Shown one piece after another: positions 19,396 to 28,679 of a DNA stretch of 64,000 nucleotides (positions are counted from its first letter, which is position 1; every line of letters begins with the position of its first letter). The stretch comes from an uncultured Verrucomicrobiae bacterium (GTDB taxonomy: Bacteria; Verrucomicrobiota; Verrucomicrobiia; Chthoniobacterales; UBA10450), in contig CAVWPA010000003.1 of assembly GCA_963756875.1 (NCBI GenBank), forward strand, positions 448,001-512,000, in the 5' to 3' direction. A program made the position numbers and the translations under genes. The notes beneath the pieces were generated by a model. The model was not told the DNA's origin. It worked only from the letters and a program-made list of their open reading frames with translations, and searched no databases.

Positions 19396-21099
19396 TCAAT
19401 GGGAGCCTCCGCTGGCAAGGCAGCGGTCGAGCAAAGCTCTCTCCTCCGGAAGAAGCGGCGCATTTGCACCGCGCTTTAGATAAGGCTGTGCTTCATTCCT
19501 TTGGTTGGCGGCTGTCAGAAAAATTCCAAGATAGGCGCCAGCTGCTGGCTCGTTCAATTGCTCCGGAGAAAGCGATCTCATTATTCTAATCGCTTGCTGG
19601 GCGTTGCCTCTTGAATAAAGAGCAAAAGCGTAAGTCGAGGCAAACGCTGGGTTGGATGGTTGGCGATGGTAGAGTTCCGCCGCCATTTTCTCAGCGTGCT
19701 GAGTGTCGACATTTAAAAGGAGCGAAACTTGGGCGAGGTTATTGCGCACGGTCAGATCATCCGGTGTTGCTGCTGCAAGCTTGGCTAAAACGCGATAAAG
19801 ATCGCGTGTGTCCTTCTGATCGGCGTAATGCTTGTACAGCGTGCGCAAGGCTTCCGTTTGTCTTTCCGGAAACTTCGCCATTTGCCAAAGCAGATCGACC
19901 GCTTCTTTCTTCCAGCCCCAGTCGATCACCGAGCGTTCCAGCATGTCTAGCTCCCGCGGATCCTCTGCTACTTCGCGGGTGGAGGCCGACCATTCGCGAT
20001 CGGACGCTTCAGTTTTCTTTTGCTCACGCAAAGCGCGGGCGAGAAACGCGCGCCGCATGAAATCAAGCCGCGGCCATTGCCCACTTCCCGCAAATCGCTC
20101 CAATCCCTGCCAATCAGCAAGTCGGAGGTACGAGTTCGCGAGCTCAATCGGCACCGGCCATTTTCCAGCCTTCTCTTGACCGAGGCTGCGCGTAAAATTG
20201 AGTGCCAGCAGAGCCATTCCGCGGTTGTTCATCCAGGCAACCAGCTGGGCGAGGTTTAAGGGATGGATGGACGCATTTTTCTCGGTCTCGTCCAGAATGC
20301 GCGCGAATTTTGGATCGTTCGTCGTGCGCAAGATATCGAGATAGAGCAAGCGGTCGGAAAAAAGCGACTCGGGATAATTTTGCAAGTCATGTGCCAGCTC
20401 CTTGAGCCTATCTGTGCTGGCGTGACGAAGAATAGCATCCTCGATCAGCGCCCGGGTTGCAGAGAGCCGCTCTCCTTTGTCTGCACGAAGTTCCTCAAGA
20501 GAAGCGTGGCCGGCTTTCTGAAGCGCTGGCGTGTTCGAGCGAAGATTAGCGAGCGCGAGACCCAACGTATACGATTTATTTCCCGGCTCGATCTCCGCAG
20601 CGCGCGTCCATTCGCGCCGGGCGTCCGCTTGATCCCCCTTCACGTCCGCAATCTGCGCTGCGATTGCGTGAGATGCCCCCGTTTCGCCATTCTTCTTTGC
20701 AGTAACGAGGACCTTTTCGGCTTCTGCCATCTCGTCGAATTGCAAGGCGCAGTTTGCCAAAGCAACCAGGTCGCTCTGCGAATTCGGCGCGAGCTTGACC
20801 GCTTCACGCCTCCATTCCAACGCGGTCGGGTTCTTGGTGCGCTCCGCAATTTGAGCGAGGACCCGGGCGGCTTCCGGCGTGGGTTTGATGTTCCTTGCGC
20901 TTTGTGCGCTGAGCATCGCCTGGCGCAAATCGCCCGCGCTTAAATATGCTGCCGCGCGCCGCGCCAGGTGTTTCGATTCGAAATTACGATAAAGATAAAC
21001 TCCGCCCCAGCAAAGAAAGGCAAGCAACACGCATCCGATAGGTACGCCGAGCGCAAGCCGAATATAGGTTCGCTGAGTTCTTTCGACCAATCTTTCCAC
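19396..21099 (-). CDS. Membrane-anchored TPR-like alpha-helical protein, copy 2
   Basis: N-terminal TM helix followed by helical repeats; start set at GTG 21099 by alignment with copy 1. Confidence 0.85.
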   Translation of the reverse strand: MERLVERTQRTYIRLALGVPIGCVLLAFLCWGGVYLYRNFESKHLARRAAAYLSAGDLRQAMLSAQSARNIKPTPEAARVLAQIAERTKNPTALEWRREAVKLAPNSQSDLVALANCALQFDEMAEAEKVLVTAKKNGETGASHAIAAQIADVKGDQADARREWTRAAEIEPGNKSYTLGLALANLRSNTPALQKAGHASLEELRADKGERLSATRALIEDAILRHASTDRLKELAHDLQNYPESLFSDRLLYLDILRTTNDPKFARILDETEKNASIHPLNLAQLVAWMNNRGMALLALNFTRSLGQEKAGKWPVPIELANSYLRLADWQGLERFAGSGQWPRLDFMRRAFLARALREQKKTEASDREWSASTREVAEDPRELDMLERSVIDWGWKKEAVDLLWQMAKFPERQTEALRTLYKHYADQKDTRDLYRVLAKLAAATPDDLTVRNNLAQVSLLLNVDTQHAEKMAAELYHRQPSNPAFASTYAFALYSRGNAQQAIRIMRSLSPEQLNEPAAGAYLGIFLTAANQRNEAQPYLKRGANAPLLPEERALLDRCLASGGSH

Positions 21100-21338
21100 A
21101 ACTTTGAATAAACGATAGGATGCATCCTTCCGGAAAGTCAATCGACCCTTGCCGGACCTGCATCTGCTTTGCAAAGCGCTTGAACTAGCACGTCGCATTC
21201 CAAAACAGAGAGACTGCAGGTCGCTGTCCGCATGCTTAAAGCGGACTCACGATTCGTCGAGGCTGAGAGCTCGAAGAACTTGCCGAACCGAAGCGCCGCC
21301 AACAGAACCCCGCCAACGGGAACGAGCCTTCAGGATTG

Positions 21339-22046
21339 TTATGGGCTTACGACTGAAATAGTGGGAGGGTCGGCTAGCGTTCCAAGCTTGTTGCTAAAGT
21401 CTGGGCCACTCTCGCCAGGGAAATGAAGCGCGGCTTCGGCAAATATCGGCGGCAGTTCGTTTGCGGATACGGCGCTGAACACGCTCACTTCAGCAACGTT
21501 GAAGGGTGACTTGGTTGACTTTAGCCGCGTCCATCGAAACGCAACGTAACGTGCTGGGGTAGGCGCAAAAGTGATCGCAGCTCGGGCCGCATCGGTTTGA
21601 TCGATGGTGCACGCCAAGGGTGTGGCAGCACTAAGATCGCCGGGACGGTTCGGTAAAGCGTTCAACAGATAAACATCGAGTTTCGCATTGCTCCCTGCGT
21701 TAAAGACGGCGCCGACATGGTGGACGGGTTCGCCTCGTGCGAGCTCGAGGATGGCAGTGGGCTGTAGATCAGAGCCGGAAAAACGGAACACCGTTCGCAG
21801 ATCGTCGTCGATCATGCGGACGGTAAAAGCGATTGCGCCCGAACTGAGATAGACGACGCGTGCCCGGGCCTGCCATTTGGCCAGGTCGAACTCAACTTTT
21901 TCATCCGGCCGAACGGTCAGGCTGTTGTAAACGACGGGTTCCGCAGTTTCAGTGGGTTCTGTTCCCAAAACAGGTCGACCAGGCAGGGCGATTGCAATGC
22001 CCATTGCGAGCGAAGCACAGCTCCAAGCTGCGTGGAGAAATCTCAT
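21339..22046 (-). CDS. Secreted protein with discoidin/galactose-binding-like C-terminal region, ending DPPTISVVSP
   Basis: Start MRFLHAAW (ATG 22046) with signal peptide; ARYVAFRW...NVAEVSVF resembles an F5/8 type C strand pair. Confidence 0.65.
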   Translation of the reverse strand: MRFLHAAWSCASLAMGIAIALPGRPVLGTEPTETAEPVVYNSLTVRPDEKVEFDLAKWQARARVVYLSSGAIAFTVRMIDDDLRTVFRFSGSDLQPTAILELARGEPVHHVGAVFNAGSNAKLDVYLLNALPNRPGDLSAATPLACTIDQTDAARAAITFAPTPARYVAFRWTRLKSTKSPFNVAEVSVFSAVSANELPPIFAEAALHFPGESGPDFSNKLGTLADPPTISVVSP

Positions 22047-22061
22047 AGGCGCTTCGAGAAA

Positions 22062-22077
22062 AGCTAGGAGCGTACCA
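22062..22077 (-). promoter_or_regulatory. Putative sigma-54 -24/-12 promoter
   Basis: TGGTACGCTCCTAGCT on the minus strand just upstream of ATG 22046. Confidence 0.6.
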
Positions 22078-22206
22078 CCCATCCGCCCAGCTCCTGTCTT
22101 TAGGGCTGAGGCGTTCTGGGTCGCGAATTCAAATTCGCCAACGCTTTCTCGATTTAGAGCCCAAGACGGGTTAGCACTGTTGAAAAGCTTAGCCGAGCGG
22201 GATTCC

Positions 22207-22263
22207 TGTGGTGGCAGCCGTGCCGGCTGCGTTACGTTTTGCAGGCGACACGCCTGCCTCTAC
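22207..22263. repeat. GTAG-type REP doublet
   Basis: TGTGGTGGCAGCCGTGCCGGCTGC ... GCAGGCGACACGCCTGCCTCTAC: two inverted imperfect palindromes. Confidence 0.75.
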
Positions 22264-22394
22264 TGAGTTACGATAAGAGGCTTTTCAACAGAGCTAGACG
22301 GGTTCTAAGCTTTTTCTTGAGCACGGCTTCGCTGTACTCCGTGCATAGAACTGGGGCTGTGGGTGCCTATTCTGAAGCCATCTTGGGACGCGGC

Positions 22395-23628
22395 TTAATG
22401 ACTGCGATCATTGCCCCCAGCACCGTTTGCCGGCTCTGCGACCAGGATTTCCCGTGGGTCGTCCGTCTGCGGCACCAATTCGAGTTTTAAGGCCGACGTC
22501 ATCTCGACTTGAGGTTCGCCGCGTCGCTTCTGCAACGCATCCAGCCCGCGACGCATTCTGCCCTTGTCGCTGCAGTACCAGCAGGGCTGTTTCTTCGGTC
22601 ACTTCCTGGCGTTCCAATGCTTCCAACAAACAATGATCAAAGGTGTGCCAGCCATAGGTTGTGGCGGCCTCGATGATTTCGTGAAACGTTTTGCCTTCCG
22701 ACTCGCCGTAGCGAATCGATTCGCGAGTGCGCAGGCTGTTGCCGATGATCTCGCTGACCAGCAGGCGCGCGCCGTCCACCTTCGGGACCAGCCGCTGGCT
22801 CACAATGTATCGGACGGTGTCGGACAAGCGATAGCGCACCTGTTCCTCTTCGTCCTTTGAGAAGAAACCGATAATCCGGTTAATTGTCTGGCCGGCATTG
22901 ATCGTATGCAGTGTGCTGAAAACCACGTGCCCGGTCTCCGCGGCAGTCAACGCGATTTCCATCGTTTCGCGATCGCGAATTTCTCCCACCAGAATTACTT
23001 TTGGAGCCTGACGCAGGGCCGCCCGCAACCCTTCGGCGAAGCTTCGGAAATCCTTGCCCAGCTCCCGGTGGCTGACCACTGCGCGAAGATGCGAATGGAC
23101 AAATTCAATCGGGTCTTCAAGCGTGACGATGTGAATGTCCTGGGTCTGATTTAACTCGTTTATCAATGCAGCCAGGGTGGTCGTTTTGCCGCTGCCAGCC
23201 GCGCCCGTCACGAGAACGATCCCATTTTTCGTTTTGATGACCTCTTGGAAAACTGGCGGTAATCCGAGTCCTGTCAGTGTGGGGACGCTTGACTCCAGCG
23301 TTCGCATTACAATGGCGCGGCGGCCGTTCTCTTTATAAATATTTGCGCGGAAGCGGGCGACATTATTCACCGCATAACTGCAATCGCACGAACCGGTCGC
23401 ATCGAATTCCGCCTGTAATCGTTCGTTGTCCCCGGTAATGTGGGCGGCCAGTTCCTCGATTAGCTCCGGAGTAAGGAGCGGACCGCTTCCCGTCTCAATT
23501 GCAAATTCTTGCAACCGTCCATGTGTTTCAACCAGCGGCGTTTTTCCAGCAATAAAAAGCAGGTCTGAAACTCCATCTGCGCTTTGGAGCATGCTCGCAA
23601 GCAAGCCATCGACGACTGTTTTATCCAT
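22395..23628 (-). CDS. pilT: PilT/PilU-family type IV pilus ATPase (frameshift at ~22579)
   Basis: Walker A GAAGSGKTTT, TLEDPIEF, ALRQAPKVILVGEIRD, AAETGH, TLHT. Removing one base at 22579 gives LLYCSDKGRMRRGLD... ending at TAA 22395. PilT versus PilU subtype is uncertain. Confidence 0.88.
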
Positions 23629-23647
23629 CTGTGCGCCATCTCACTAA

Positions 23648-23663
23648 AGCTAGGAGTGTGCCT
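23648..23663 (-). promoter_or_regulatory. Putative sigma-54 -24/-12 promoter
   Basis: AGGCACACTCCTAGCT upstream of pilT; conserved in front of the pilT remnant (31989-32004). Confidence 0.62.
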
Positions 23664-23860
23664 GCGTCCCGTCCGAAATTTGTTCCTCGCTGCTTGCTTT
23701 TGGCAAGATTAGTTAGGGCACTATCGTGCGCTGACGCATCAAGGCGACTGGATTAACGCAATCTCAAAACATTCCGCCGCTAAGATCGAAGAATACCAAA
23801 AACAGGCGTGTACGCGTGTAAAAACCTTCCGCTTAAGCAGCCGAAGGTGTCGCTGCAGTA

Positions 23861-24721
23861 CTAGCCCCCGTTATGAGCAAAAATCTGGTCCAAATCTGCG
23901 AGCACTCTCTCCGGGTCGGGACCATTTGGCCCGCCGTCATTGTTCGACAGGACGTCGCCGTTGGCATTTACCAGGATTAGCCAAGGAACGCCCCGCACGA
24001 GGTTCTTCATGATCGCTTGTTTACTGGCAATCTTATCGTAAGCGACCGCGGGCCAAGGCATGTTTGTCTCACTTATGTAGGTCTCCATGGCGAATTGAGA
24101 TCGATCGAGACTAAAAAATATCACTTCGAATTCGGGATGTGCGAGCGCAACACGATTGTAGTAATCGATCAGCTGCGAAGTGAATTTGCGGCCCTGCGGG
24201 GAGCCAAACGCTGAAAAGAAGAATAGGTAAAGCTTTTTGTTCTCGAGCGCTTCGTCATCGAAAGGGTTCAGGCTGTCTTCGTGCCAATAGACCAGATCCC
24301 CTTTAAGTAGGCGGTACATCGCGTCGGGTGCTCCACCTTGGGTCGGCTTCCTTGGTCGCTCTTTGCTGTTGCTTTTTGGCGTCTGAGCGTTTCTCGCCTC
24401 TTGAAGGGCCTGTGCTGCGCTCTCTTCCTGGGCTGCCAGCTTTTCCTGGACGGCCGCGATTTCGGAAGGAGACGCTTGATATCGCGCGCTTCGCAGTGCA
24501 TCAATCAGCGATTGGCTCGCGCCCGCCTGAACAAGCTGCTTTTCAATTGCGGGATCGAACGTATCGCCAAAATGGCGCACCGAAAGCTCCTGCAGCGCCG
24601 CTTCACTCGAATAACCGGAACGCAACATCAAACTTACTTCTTTTGCAGTGAGCGGCATCGTGCTGCAAAGCGCGCCGCACGCGCTCGCTAGCGACAAGAA
24701 AGCAATCAAAAGGCGCGACAT
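23861..24721 (-). CDS. Secreted thioredoxin-fold (nucleoredoxin/tryparedoxin-like) protein lacking CxxC
   Basis: KKLYLFFFSA-FGSPQG-RKFT, FEVIFFSLDRS, MPWPAV, GVPWLILVN; start MSRLLIAF. Confidence 0.8.
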   Translation of the reverse strand: MSRLLIAFLSLASACGALCSTMPLTAKEVSLMLRSGYSSEAALQELSVRHFGDTFDPAIEKQLVQAGASQSLIDALRSARYQASPSEIAAVQEKLAAQEESAAQALQEARNAQTPKSNSKERPRKPTQGGAPDAMYRLLKGDLVYWHEDSLNPFDDEALENKKLYLFFFSAFGSPQGRKFTSQLIDYYNRVALAHPEFEVIFFSLDRSQFAMETYISETNMPWPAVAYDKIASKQAIMKNLVRGVPWLILVNANGDVLSNNDGGPNGPDPERVLADLDQIFAHNGG

Positions 24722-24723
24722 GC

Positions 24724-24954
24724 TTATTCTGGTGAGCAAAAAATGGGCCGCCATTGCTTGATCTGACACTGCTCAGTTACGGCCGCCCGCGCGATCCGCC
24801 ACCCTGTGGCTTGGGTCCCATTGTTCGGCGCTTGAACGATAATGGTACCATCGGCTTGCACGCGAATCAGGCGCAGGCCTTGGCTGAGCTCCCGGCACAG
24901 TCCCGTCAGTTCTTCACGCAGTCGCTTGAGTTCGTCTTTCGATCCGCCGGCCAT
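24724..24954 (-). CDS. Small hypothetical protein
   Basis: 76-aa ORF ending 2 nt before the thioredoxin-like start; amphipathic helix followed by a beta hairpin. Confidence 0.4.
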   Translation of the reverse strand: MAGGSKDELKRLREELTGLCRELSQGLRLIRVQADGTIIVQAPNNGTQATGWRIARAAVTEQCQIKQWRPIFCSPE

Positions 24955-25031
24955 TTCTTGACGTCGGCAGAATGCCTAGGTTGCACCTTTTAAGTAGTAG
25001 CAAGGAACAGCCGCGCAGATAGCAGCCGATG

Positions 25032-25727
25032 CTACGGGGCGTTACGTCGTTTGCGGAACGTGAAGACTCCAATCAGCCCTAGCCCGAATAACACGATTGA
25101 ACCGGGTTCAGGCACCTGATGAAACGATTGACTGACCTGAGAAATCGTTACGAACCCACCATTAACGATCCCAAATCCGAGGTCCTTCGTCACGTCCAGA
25201 ACTTGCTGCGGCGGATTGACGTTAAGATTATCGCCTGCTTCCGAAAACGGATCACTCAGGTCATGAGCATCGAGATGGCCGTTCGCGACAACTGTGCCGC
25301 TCGTATCGCGCGCTGTCTCGTCAATCGAGAGAAATGAGCCAGTTGATGGCTGAGCACTGCCCGTGTACGATTGGTCGATCATATTGATCAAGCCGCTGCT
25401 TGTTGTTATCCTGTAGTTAAGAACAAGATCGGCAGTCGCCGGGCCACTGCTGACCAAACTCATATTCCCCGCCCACGTGAGATAATAGATTCCGTTTGAA
25501 AAAGAGGCCGTGACTCGTATTTGGGACGGATCGAAGTTCGTCAGACCGCTGGCGAAATAGTCAAAGTTACTGAAAGTCTTGTCGCCGATCATTAGCGATT
25601 CCCCGGTGTTCACGAGGTTCTCCAGGGTATCGGTCGTCTGACCATTTGCTCGCGCTGACCACCCAAGCAGGGCTGCTGCAAACAATCCAAGCACAGCCGC
25701 GCGTTTCTTTAACACACGCCGAAACAT
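25032..25727 (-). CDS. PEP-CTERM surface protein (canonical signal)
   Basis: Signal peptide; VPEPGSIVLFGLGLIGVFTFRKRR. Confidence 0.92.
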   Translation of the reverse strand: MFRRVLKKRAAVLGLFAAALLGWSARANGQTTDTLENLVNTGESLMIGDKTFSNFDYFASGLTNFDPSQIRVTASFSNGIYYLTWAGNMSLVSSGPATADLVLNYRITTSSGLINMIDQSYTGSAQPSTGSFLSIDETARDTSGTVVANGHLDAHDLSDPFSEAGDNLNVNPPQQVLDVTKDLGFGIVNGGFVTISQVSQSFHQVPEPGSIVLFGLGLIGVFTFRKRRNAP

Positions 25728-25955
25728 AGGGACTTTTTATGCTTTGGTGGGTCGCGTAAGTCAAGCCTAGATTCTTAAAATTACCGGTTACTCTGGCGAA
25801 TCCTTTAAAGTGCTCTTTTTTGGAAAGCTGAGTCGAGACTTGTCGCGAAAACGAACCCGACCGGTCCGCTCGCAGTGACCGCTCTTGCTGGCGCTGCCCC
25901 AATCGTGCACGACGCAAGAGGCAAATCTGGTCACGTCCGCAGCGACTGACGGTAG

Positions 25956-25971
25956 CGGCACGAGCGCTGCT
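25956..25971 (+). promoter_or_regulatory. Putative sigma-54 -24/-12 promoter
   Basis: CGGCACGAGCGCTGCT just upstream of ATG 25984. Confidence 0.6.
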
Positions 25972-25983
25972 CTAGGTCCGAGT

Positions 25984-26787
25984 ATGGTTCTGAGGTCGAT
26001 ATCTCCTTTACGCCTAAGGATGGTTCTCGCCTGGCTCGCAGGCTGCCTCAGCTCTGTGGCCCTTCCATGTCTAGCGCAAGTGACGTTCTCGTTGGTCGAT
26101 AATACGCCGTACGACAAGCAGATGGCCCGCGTTTCCTCAGTTTTAGTTTCCGCGAATTATCACGCCAGCGGAGAACTTTCGCTGGCAAAGATCGACGAAT
26201 GGATGAGCCAATTGCGTGCGATCCCTTACCAATATTCCAAGGAATGGAAGACACCTGAGGAAGTGCAATTCGAGCGAGTTGCCGATTGCAAAGGGAAAGC
26301 AGTGGCGCTTTACGAGAAGATGCGGGTGAATGGCGAGAAAAATGTGCGTCTCATCATTGGGAAACGCTGCGCGGAAGCCCTGGTAACACACGCCTGGCTG
26401 GAGTGGAAAACGGGAGATGGAAACTACATTCTCGATCCAACATTTGATTCGATGGCCACAAGCGAGGTGCAAGACGGTTGGACATATATCCCGTTTTATG
26501 CATACGAAGGCGCGCAAAGATACCAGGCAATTCTTGCTCCCGTAGTCACGCAAACCGTAACGGCGCACAAGTTAGAATCTCCGTCTCAAGGGTTAACGGC
26601 GACGGCCTCAATACATTCCCCCACTTGTTTTGGGGGCGAATCGTCTGATCGCGTCCGTCGGCGCATCGATTACACTTCCCATCGCAGGCAACGCCGAAAT
26701 TGTCGGCTGGTCCAAGGCGTGACCGTGGCAGCGCGTAGAGATTACGTAATGCAACTGGCTCGCATGGAATGGCAATGGACTCCGTAA
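25984..26787 (+). CDS. Transglutaminase-like cysteine peptidase (BTLCP-like), secreted
   Basis: WKTPEE, ADCKGKA (Cys), HAWL (His), YILDPT (Asp); signal peptide. Confidence 0.78.
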   Translation: MVLRSISPLRLRMVLAWLAGCLSSVALPCLAQVTFSLVDNTPYDKQMARVSSVLVSANYHASGELSLAKIDEWMSQLRAIPYQYSKEWKTPEEVQFERVADCKGKAVALYEKMRVNGEKNVRLIIGKRCAEALVTHAWLEWKTGDGNYILDPTFDSMATSEVQDGWTYIPFYAYEGAQRYQAILAPVVTQTVTAHKLESPSQGLTATASIHSPTCFGGESSDRVRRRIDYTSHRRQRRNCRLVQGVTVAARRDYVMQLARMEWQWTP

Positions 26788-26926
26788 AATCACTGAGCTG
26801 TGGCGAGTTTGTCGGTGCCCTGCTGGCCGCAAAAGATTGGCTTCAAGTGAAGACGCCTATTTTGCGGTGATTCGAGATTTCGTCTTTTAACTAGAACCCA
26901 ACCCAACCATAAAGGTCATTTTTTGG

Positions 26927-26942
26927 GGGCACGTCTCTTGCT
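26927..26942 (+). promoter_or_regulatory. Putative sigma-54 -24/-12 promoter
   Basis: GGGCACGTCTCTTGCT, close to consensus TGGCACG-N4-TTGCW, upstream of a PEP-CTERM gene. Confidence 0.75.
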
Positions 26943-26973
26943 AAATTCCTTCTGTTAGCGGTCTGCTCCTAAT

Positions 26974-27789
26974 ATGTTCTCGCTGGCGTTCGTTCCAAAC
27001 AAACGGTTTAAGCACTCAGCAATACTCTGGGGCGTCTCGGGGATGCTTCTGCTTATGCCCGCGGCCGCCCGCGCTACTGTATTCAGCTGGCCGGATTTGG
27101 GCTGGACTTCGGGTGTGCCTGCTCCTGGCCAAACGCTGACCCAAAGCTTCACAAGCGTTACCACTAACGACATCACGGTCAGCATCAATAATAATGGTAT
27201 CTCCAGTCAAGGGGCGACGTGGCAATCCGGCTACCCAGCAATTAACAGTACGAAAGAGACGGGCGGGTTTAGTGGCGTGGACGGAGTACAGCTTTTCGTA
27301 ACCAACCAAAGCAGCGTCTCATCATATATCAAAACAACCGTCACGTTTAACACGCCGGTGATCAATCTGTCCTTTCAGATCTGGGACGTGGATAAGAGCG
27401 CGGGTCAATTCGTCGATAAGATCGCTCAGATCCAAGCCATCGCCCAGGGAGGCGGAACCGTTGGTCCTGACACTGTCACCAGCGCGATGCCTGGGGTTAA
27501 TTCGATTACAGGCTCGGGCTTGAGTACCGTCGTTCTCGGCACCGCCACAGCCGCCGACAACACAAATCAAGGCACGATTAATATCACCTTTCTGGGGCCG
27601 ATAACGCAGTTCTCATTCCAGTGGTCCAACGACGATTCTGGCCTTGGAGCACAGGCGATCGCGTTGGGTCCGCTGACCTATGCAATCGTTCCCGAACCAT
27701 CCCAAGGATGGGGAGTGGCGTTACTTTGCGCAGTTGTGATTGCTGCCTGGACTATCTCTCGACGCAAGGAGACCCGGGCCAGATCGTAA
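26974..27789 (+). CDS. PEP-CTERM surface protein
   Basis: Signal peptide; Ser/Thr-rich beta domain; VPEPSQGWGVALLCAVVIAAWTISRRK. Confidence 0.9.
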   Translation: MFSLAFVPNKRFKHSAILWGVSGMLLLMPAAARATVFSWPDLGWTSGVPAPGQTLTQSFTSVTTNDITVSINNNGISSQGATWQSGYPAINSTKETGGFSGVDGVQLFVTNQSSVSSYIKTTVTFNTPVINLSFQIWDVDKSAGQFVDKIAQIQAIAQGGGTVGPDTVTSAMPGVNSITGSGLSTVVLGTATAADNTNQGTINITFLGPITQFSFQWSNDDSGLGAQAIALGPLTYAIVPEPSQGWGVALLCAVVIAAWTISRRKETRARS

Positions 27790-27945
27790 CGGCTGGATCA
27801 TCACGGCGGCTTGATCGCGCTAGAGGATGGGCCGTTGCAACACAGTGCAGCCCCGCCTCTGGGCGATCCGCGCTTTTTGTAACGGGCGTTCCCGCCGTAT
27901 TCTTAGTTACAACAACAGCGCCAGCGGGCCCTTCACAATCTCCCT

Positions 27946-28293
27946 TTAATTTATAAGCCGCGCTGGAGAAGGTAAACGCCTGCGGCGAAGCGCTGTGGCG
28001 GCTGCCGCGGTAATAAGGCCGGCGATTCCGATTAATACATTGCCTCCCGGAATCGGAGTAATGCCGTTAGCTCCGCTGCTGGTGCCCTTGGCAGCTCTGC
28101 CGCCGGCATTCCTCCTCGCGCCGCCACTGTGCGTAGCGCCCGCGACACCACTGACGCTATCGGCATATGAACTCGAGCCCGATGGCACCGTCGACGCGTC
28201 GCTGGCGTAGGTTGAGGTTCCATAAGCAACACCGGCGAGAGCCAATGCCAACGCGATGACAGGATACGTGAGAAGCTTGCTGGGGGTGATCAT
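27946..28293 (-). CDS. Small low-complexity secreted protein with a PEP-CTERM-like variant anchor
   Basis: Signal peptide, S/G/A-rich body, C-terminus TPIPGGNVLIGIAGLITAAAATALRRRR. Confidence 0.65.
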   Translation of the reverse strand: MITPSKLLTYPVIALALALAGVAYGTSTYASDASTVPSGSSSYADSVSGVAGATHSGGARRNAGGRAAKGTSSGANGITPIPGGNVLIGIAGLITAAAATALRRRRLPSPARLIN

Positions 28294-28396
28294 TTCTCTA
28301 ATTTCATTCCGGCATAGCCGACGAGGCTGTCATTGCTAAAATTTCCACAATAAAGAGAGTTTACCAGATTTGCCAAGGGAACGACAAGTACAAAAT

Positions 28397-28639
28397 TCAA
28401 TAACCCGGTTTCATCCGGCTTTTATGCTTAACTCTGACGACAATGCCATCGGCGTGATGATTTATATTAACAATTTTAGGCAGCGCGGGCTGCGAGGAAC
28501 TGTTCGAATCGCTTCCGCCGATCTCGCGGTGGATGTTGTAGGTGAGAAAGCGAACGTCGAAATTGCTGCTCTGCGCCTGAAGGGTGCTCGCGGTCAGTCC
28601 CAACATCAGCACCCACGCGAGCAGGAATTTCCCCATCAC
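28397..28639 (-). pseudogene. Truncated secreted endonuclease/exonuclease/phosphatase-family gene (5' fragment)
   Basis: Signal peptide followed by VRFLTYNIH, the first EEP strand; ends after ~80 aa without the remaining catalytic motifs. Confidence 0.6.
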
Positions 28640-28679
28640 TGCACTGCACCATTATAGGTCCTTTGGCTGGACCGCCACT

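Noticed and set aside
22240..22255. GG-N10-GC match as a sigma-54 promoter
   Set aside because: It lies within a REP palindrome; a better-placed box exists at 22062-22077.
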